NCBI RefSeq assembly: GCF_004010195.1 | Contig: NC_057759.1 | Location: 7,008,058 to 7,049,838 of the forward strand | Direction: 5' to 3' | From: Chiloscyllium plagiosum | Lineage: Eukaryota | Length of the DNA stretch: 41,781 bases | Part shown: one piece after another, positions 36,122-41,781 of the stretch | How positions within the stretch are numbered: position 1 is the stretch's first letter | How the letters are laid out: each line of letters opens with the position of its first letter | The notes under the pieces: model-generated | Told to the model about the DNA's origin: nothing | The model's input: only the letters and a program-made list of their open reading frames with translations | Database searches by the model: none | Program-made: the position numbers and the translations under genes

Positions 36122-36185
36122 CCGCTGCTGTTCAAGGGAAGAGGATAAACGGGGCTGACAGACTTCAAAATATCTTTGCATCACT
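36122..36185 (-). pseudogene. Candidate first leader (signal peptide) exon, degenerate
   Basis: Acceptor ttgtgtttctgacag and donor G|gtaaag. The frame ending in phase 1 reads LSAPFILFP*TAA (hydrophobic, but with a stop and no in-frame ATG). A same-length (64 nt) homologue lies at 3728-3791 on +. Confidence 0.3.
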
Positions 36186-37716
36186 CTGTCAGAAACACAA
36201 GATTATGTGATTGCATATTATTGGAAAGGAGATCGTATGACCATAGGATTAGGAGTAGACCGTTGCACCCATCGAGTCTGCTCTGCCATTCAATGATTTT
36301 GTGGCTGATCTGATTATCATCAAATCCATTTTGCTACCCTTCCCTTATAACCTTCTATTCCCTATCTGATTAAAAAAATCTCTCTACCTCAGCCATTGAC
36401 AGCCCTCTTTGGTTAAGAATTCTACAGATTCACTCCCATCGGAGAGAAGAAATTCCTCCTCATCTCCGTCTTCAATGAATCTGACATGATATCCCTCTGG
36501 GCCCATGCTTTGCTACACAAGGAAAAACAACCTCTGTCCACATTCCTCCCTGGCATAGCCCTCTATGAACCTTCAGTAAGGCCATCTCTCATTCTTCTGA
36601 TCTCCAATAAGGACAGGCCCAACCTATCCAGCCCCCCCCCCCCCCCCCCCCACTCGTCAGACAGTGCCTTCATACGCGGGGTCAGCTGAGTGAAACTTAT
36701 TTGGACTGCCTCCAATGCCCAGTCTATCTTTTAGGCAAGGATCCCCAAAACTATTCACAGTCTCCCAGCTGTGGTCTGACTAGTGGCTTGTATGGTTTAT
36801 TTTCATGAAAACGTCAGAATTTTTGTACACCATTTCCTTTGAAATAAAGGCTGTTCACCAATCCGATGAACTGATGAACTTTGATGCTATTTTTTGTGAC
36901 TCAACAACAATGAATTCCCGATCCCTATAATAAGTAAATTTTCCATGGGAATTTGTTTCAGTTTTCTCAGAAGTTGCTTCAGCCTCTGGAATTCAAGCAA
37001 CACCTGGATCGCAAGAACTAATTTTCTCAACGGCTTGAGGAGTTCAGAGAATTTCTGTATTTTGCGAAGTGCAGCTGGTGTTTTTGAAGTGGTTCCTCAT
37101 GTACCACAACATCAGGCAGAGTGTCATGGCGTGATTGGAGATTCCCAGGGGGGCAGATTTTATGTTAATCCTACTCAGTGGTTGATATGCACTCCCTGAG
37201 GAACAAGATAATCTAGTTGCCTCCCCTCTCTAAAATTAGCTGTCACCACAAATCTGCATCATTTGACCCCTCTTTCTGTCCCTAATCTGTCCCAGCCTCG
37301 ATTCAATTCTCTTTTTTATATTTATGTTTAAAACAAGCATTTATTCTTCACCCTTCTATTGAAGTTTTTTTTAAAATGCTAATCTGTTTTCTAAACTCTA
37401 TTTGCAACTTATCAATTTGGCTGCTACTTTAACCCTCTGTTTTCTGGCTTGGGCAGTTTAACTATTGACTGCAGAGTAAGTCAAATTTTCACAGAATTGC
37501 CAGATTTTCCCTCATTTCCAGTGGTTATATCTTAAGCTGGATTGCCTCAGAAATAGGGCGGGCATGACTTTGTGAATTAATAGGACTTGTGTGAGACAGA
37601 ACGTGTCTGAGTCAAAAAGAGAACAGAGTGGATGAGAGTAAATGTGTGTTGTGCATGTGTGTGAGAGAGTAAATGTGGATGGGACGGAGAGTGTGGGTGT
37701 GAGAGAGGGTGTGCGC

Positions 37717-37747
<31 letters not shown>

Positions 37748-39122
37748 TGTGACAGAGGTTTGAGAGAGTGTGTGAGAGAGAGTGTGTGAGAGAGACAATT
37801 CTTGTGAGACAGAGCATGTGCGTGTGTGAGAAAGGGAGTGAGAGAGTGTGTTGAGAGACAACATACGTCTGTGTGCGTATGTGCGTGTGTGAAAGAGAGT
37901 GTGAGACAGAGTGTGTGTGTGCGAGAGAGAGTTTATGTGTGAGACAGTGTGTGTGGCAGAGTAGAGACATAGAGTCATAGAGGTCTGAAGCTTGGAAACA
38001 GGTCGTCCAGCCCAACTTACCCGTGCTGCCTAGTTTTCACAAGTCAAACTAGCCCCATGTGCATTTGCTTGGTCCATTTCCTTCCATAACCATCCCATCC
38101 ATGTATCTGCTTAAATGTTTATGAAATGACAAAACTGTACTAGCTTTCACCGCTACCACAGACAGCCTGTTCCAGACACTCACCACCATTTGTGTGAAAA
38201 AATTGCGCCACTAGATTCTTTTGTATTTCTCCCCTCTCATCTTGAAGAAATTCTGATCAGATTGAAGAAAGATTTAAATGTGCACTTGTGATGCCAAGGC
38301 TATGAGCCAAGTGCTGGGGAAATAGGATTAGAGAATAATGGCGTGGTTGCTTTTGACCAACAGACTCAATGGACCAATGGGCCTTTTCTCTGTTCTGCAG
38401 AATTCCACGACTCCCTGCCATTGACTCTTAACTGTCCTCTGGGTCAATGAGGGATGGGGGTGATAAACGCTAACCCAGTCAGTGATGCCCACGTCGTCTG
38501 AGTGAATGTTAAAAAAAGCTCATCTTCCTTTAACATGCAGCGAGTTGAGTTGATGTCCACATTCTCGGGATTGCGAAGGATTTGGTCTTTGGAGTGATGG
38601 AGACGGAAGAGCACAGAACGACGAACTTCAGTCCATTGCCTCTGTGCTGGATAATCTTGACTGACAGTTCAATATTGACTGATTGATCCCTGCTTCAGGG
38701 TGAGAGAGTGAGCTCCACCTGTCAGTAATGGCCTGCTGTGAAATATGTGACTGACAGCTGGGAAAGTCACCATGTGACCTGAGGCAGCTTGGTGCGGTAA
38801 TGTTGGTGGGTTACTTCACCAATGTGCTCCTCAGTCACGGGTTAATCCGCTGGGTGTTGGGGTAGTGTGCACACTAACCAGCTCATGTTGTATGAGGTTT
38901 TACAACGGAAATCACATATTCTTTCCATGACAGCCACAAAGCTGTGGTGAGGGGTAACAGCAATATTGTTTACGTGTAAAGTTAACTCGTTTGGCCACAA
39001 CAAAGTATAGACGCATCAAAAATAGGAGCAGGGTTAAGCTCTTCCAGCCTGCTCCCCTATTCAACAGGGTCGTGGCTGATCATTCAGTTCGGTCCCCTGT
39101 GTTTCCCGTTATCTCCCCCTAT

Positions 39123-39428
39123 GCACGTTGTACCATGGTGGTTAGCACTGTTGCCTCACAGTGCAAGACACCCAGGTTCAATTCCCGCCTCAGGCAACTG
39201 TCTGTGTGGAGTTTGCACATTCTCCCCGTGTTTGCATGAGTTTCCTCCGGGGTGCTCCGGTTTCCTCTCGCAGTCCAAAAATGTGCAGGTTTGGTGAATT
39301 GACCATGCTAAATTGCCCATAGTGTTAGGTGTAGGGAAATGAGTCTGGGTGGCTTGCTCTTCAGAGGGTTGGTATGGACATGTTGGGCCGAAGGGCCTGC
39401 TTCCACACTGTAATTAAGTAATCTAATT
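39123..39428 (+). mobile_element. HE1-type SINE
   Basis: ggtggttagcactgttgcctcacag...gtgtggagtttgcacattctccccgtg...gggccgaagggcctg. Confidence 0.88.
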
Positions 39429-40184
39429 AATCCCCAATTACACAATGGGCCGAAAGGCCACTTCTATATTGTGTCATTCTATGATTCTAGCACGTTATTT
39501 CAGTTCTGAAGAAGGGTCACTGAACTGAAATGTATTTTTTTCTCTCTCTTTCTCCACAGCTGTTGCCTGAGTTCCTCCAGCATGTTCTGTTTTGTTTGAA
39601 CTGTATGCAGCTCCTTCCTGAACAACATTTTTCAATGCTTTGGTCTCTACCCCTTTCCATGGCAGAGATTTCATCCCTCTCATGCATTCACTTTCTCTCA
39701 TATATACATGCACTCGCTCTCTCTCTCTCACACACACATACACGTACTCACACTCTCTCACACACACACATGCACTCGCACTGTCTCTCGCACATACACA
39801 TACACTCTCTCTCACACATGCACTCTCTCACACGCACTCTCTTTCGCACATCCCTCTCTCACACACACACTCCCTCTCTCTCCCCCACACTCTCTCTCCC
39901 TTTCGCTTTCGGCTTGTGTGTCTGTCTGTCTGTGCCTGTGTGTGTATATACACCCACAGAACCTGCACAATGGGCAGCTTCCGGGGCCAGAGAAAGGAGG
40001 ATGGTTCACATCCCGGGGCAAGGCTGTAATAAACAAGAACTTTCACTCTCGGGGAAAACAGTGTAGCCTCTGATCTCTGATGGGGAAGGAAACCCAGGGA
40101 GAGGGGCAGGGTATATTGGCTTCTTGAATCAAATGCATAGGGTCCTGCAGCACGGAGACAGGCCCTTCCACCCAAACTGGTCTC

Positions 40185-41781
40185 AGAGTCACAGAGATGT
40201 GCAGCACGGACAACAGGCCCTTCGGTCCAACTCATCCATGCCAACCAGATATCCCAACCTAATCAACTCCCATTTGCCAGCACTTGGCCCATATCTCTCT
40301 GAACCCTTCCTTTTTTATACACCCATCGCCAGAAGCCTTTAGAACATATAGAACAGCACAGTAGAGACCCTTCGCCCTCAATGTTACGCGACCCATGAAA
40401 CCAATCTGAAGCCGATCCAACCAACACTATTCCATTTTCATCCATATGACTATCCAATATCGATTTCAAATGCTGTATTTGTACCAACCTCCACCACTTC
40501 CTCTGGCAGCTCATTCCATTCACGCACTGCCCTCTGCATGAAGAGGTTGCTCCTTAAATCCCTTTTATATCTTTCCCCTTACACCCTGACCACTGTCCTC
40601 TAGTTCTGGACTCCTATACCTTGTCTATTTATCTTATCCATGCCCCTCATGATTTTATAACCTCTATAAGTTCACGCCTCAGCCTCCGATGCTCCAGGGA
40701 AAACAGCCCCAGCCTATTCATTCTTTCCCTGTAGCTCAAATCCTCCAACCCTGGCAACATCCTTGCAAATATTTTCTCAACTCTTTCAAGTTTCACAACA
40801 TCATTCCGATAGGAAAGGATGCACAACTGTGTGCAATATTCCCTTGGTGGCCTGGCCAATGCCCTTTACAGACACAACATGATCTCCCAATACCTATACT
40901 TTATACTCTGACTAAATAAAGGAAAGCAGACCAAACACCTTCGTCACTATCTATCTACCTCCGACTCTACTTTCAAGGAACTAAAAACCTACACCCTAAG
41001 GTCTCTTTGTTCCCCAACACTTCCCAGGATCTTACCATTAGCTAATGTACCTGGACGGCACAGTGGCTCAGTGGTTCGCAGTACTGCTTTGCGTGGAGTT
41101 TGCACTTTCCCCCGTGACTGTGTGGATTTCCGTCGGATTCTCTGGTTTGCTCCCACAGTCCAAAGCTGTGCAATTCATGTGAATTCGCCCCGATAAAAGC
41201 CCATAGTGATAGGTGCATGAGTAGGGAATGGATCTGGATTGGCTACTCCTCTTTGGAGGGTCAATGTGGACCTGTTGGGCCGAAGGGCCTTTTTCCACAC
41301 TGTGGGGAATCTAATCAAATCATTAAGCGTATAAGTCCTACTCTGATTTGCTTTTCCAAAATGCAGCATCTCACATTTTCCGAAATTAAACTCCATCTGC
41401 AACTCTCCATCTGCAACTCCCCATCCCATTGGTCCATCTGTACAAGATCCTGTTGTACTCTGAAGTAATTTTCTTCACTGTCCACTAAACCTCCAATTTT
41501 GTTGTCACCTGCAAACTTACTAACTGTACTTCCTCTCATCCAAATCATTCACATAAATGACAAAACGTAGTGGACCCAGTACCAATCCTTGTGGCACTCC
41601 AACGGTCACAGTACTCCAGTCTGAAAAGGAAACTCTACCAGCACCCTCTGTCTTCCACCTTTGAGCAAGTTCTGAATCCAAATGGTTGGGTCTCCCTGTA
41701 TTCCATGAGATCGAACCTTGCTAACAGGGTGAAACTTGTCGAACACCTGGCATGGGGAAACTTGTCGAACACCTTACGGAA
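40185..41781 (-). mobile_element. Long CR1/HER1 LINE ORF2 3' portion (runs off the window), with nested insertions
   Basis: STVSKFAGDNKIGGLVDSEE, MEFNFGKCEMLHFGKAN and KLERVEKIFARMLPGLEDLSYRERMNRLGLFSLEHRRLR in different frames. Confidence 0.9.
41053..41316 (+). mobile_element. HE1-type SINE with internal deletion, nested in CR1
   Basis: ggacggcacagtggctcagtggtt head joins directly to the V-domain; standard tail; interrupts the minus-strand CR1. Confidence 0.8.

Larger units (their letters stand above)
12248..36185 (-). pseudogene. Multi-exon Fc-receptor-like (IgSF, 5 C2-type Ig domains + TM + ITIM tail) gene, probably an unprocessed pseudogene
   Basis: Colinear minus-strand exons with AG/GT sites and largely compatible phases: leader candidates, Ig exons at 28964, 24802, 24199, 23025 and 20423, TM at 18905, cytoplasmic exons at 18006, 15841, 13494 and 12313. 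FCRL-type motifs: (R)IP..EG..L.C.V..G..PI.Y.FYKD..G.Y.C and VPV at domain starts. Lesions in Ig1, Ig3, Ig5, TM and ITIM exons. Confidence 0.85.
33940..38960 (-). repeat. Right arm of the inverted segmental duplication (leader region and presumed promoter of the Ig gene)
   Basis: For example cttcagtccattgcctctgtgctgg (about 38626-38650) is the reverse complement of ccagcacagaggcaatggactgaag (about 436-460). Old repeats are shared at equivalent positions. Confidence 0.9.

Noticed and set aside
37512..40244. Long His/Thr/Ser or Cys/Val ORFs (also at 2044-2427 and 30282-30930)
   Set aside because: Translations of CA/CT microsatellites.
41729..41775. Short direct repeat gaaacttgtcgaacacct x2 (also 35486-35515 and 41388-41420)
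   Set aside because: Local slippage duplications in decaying sequence with no sign of function.
40185..41781. Active reverse transcriptase gene
   Set aside because: Broken across frames, catalytic FADD motif reads FAGD, and interrupted by a SINE and other insertions.

Overview
Repeat-rich vertebrate genomic DNA. HE1-type V-SINEs, HER1/CR1 LINE fragments and Penelope-type terminal repeats point to a cartilaginous fish (shark); this is inferred from repeat content. The ORF track is mostly noise. The real gene is split into exons and had to be read from splice sites. On the minus strand, about 36.2 kb to 12.2 kb, lies a multi-exon immunoglobulin-superfamily receptor of the Fc-receptor-like (FCRL/LITR/PECAM-type) class. 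It has a candidate split leader with a 33-nt mini-exon, five phase-1 C2-type Ig exons, a transmembrane exon and four small cytoplasmic exons whose phases join correctly, ending in an ITIM (LVYSVV). It carries several frameshifts and premature stops, so it is most likely an unprocessed pseudogene. The 5' end of the gene (about 33.9-39.0 kb) is also present as a diverged inverted duplicate at about 0.14-6.35 kb, suggesting a convergent, truncated paralogue. Other elements: palindromic non-autonomous Penelope-type insertions with 12-14 bp target-site duplications and hammerhead-ribozyme core motifs, a hAT/Charlie-type MITE, a 2.7-kb intronic 17-bp satellite with higher-order structure, and 47-bp and 49-bp minisatellites. 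All alignments were made by eye, repeat boundaries are approximate, and no database was searched.
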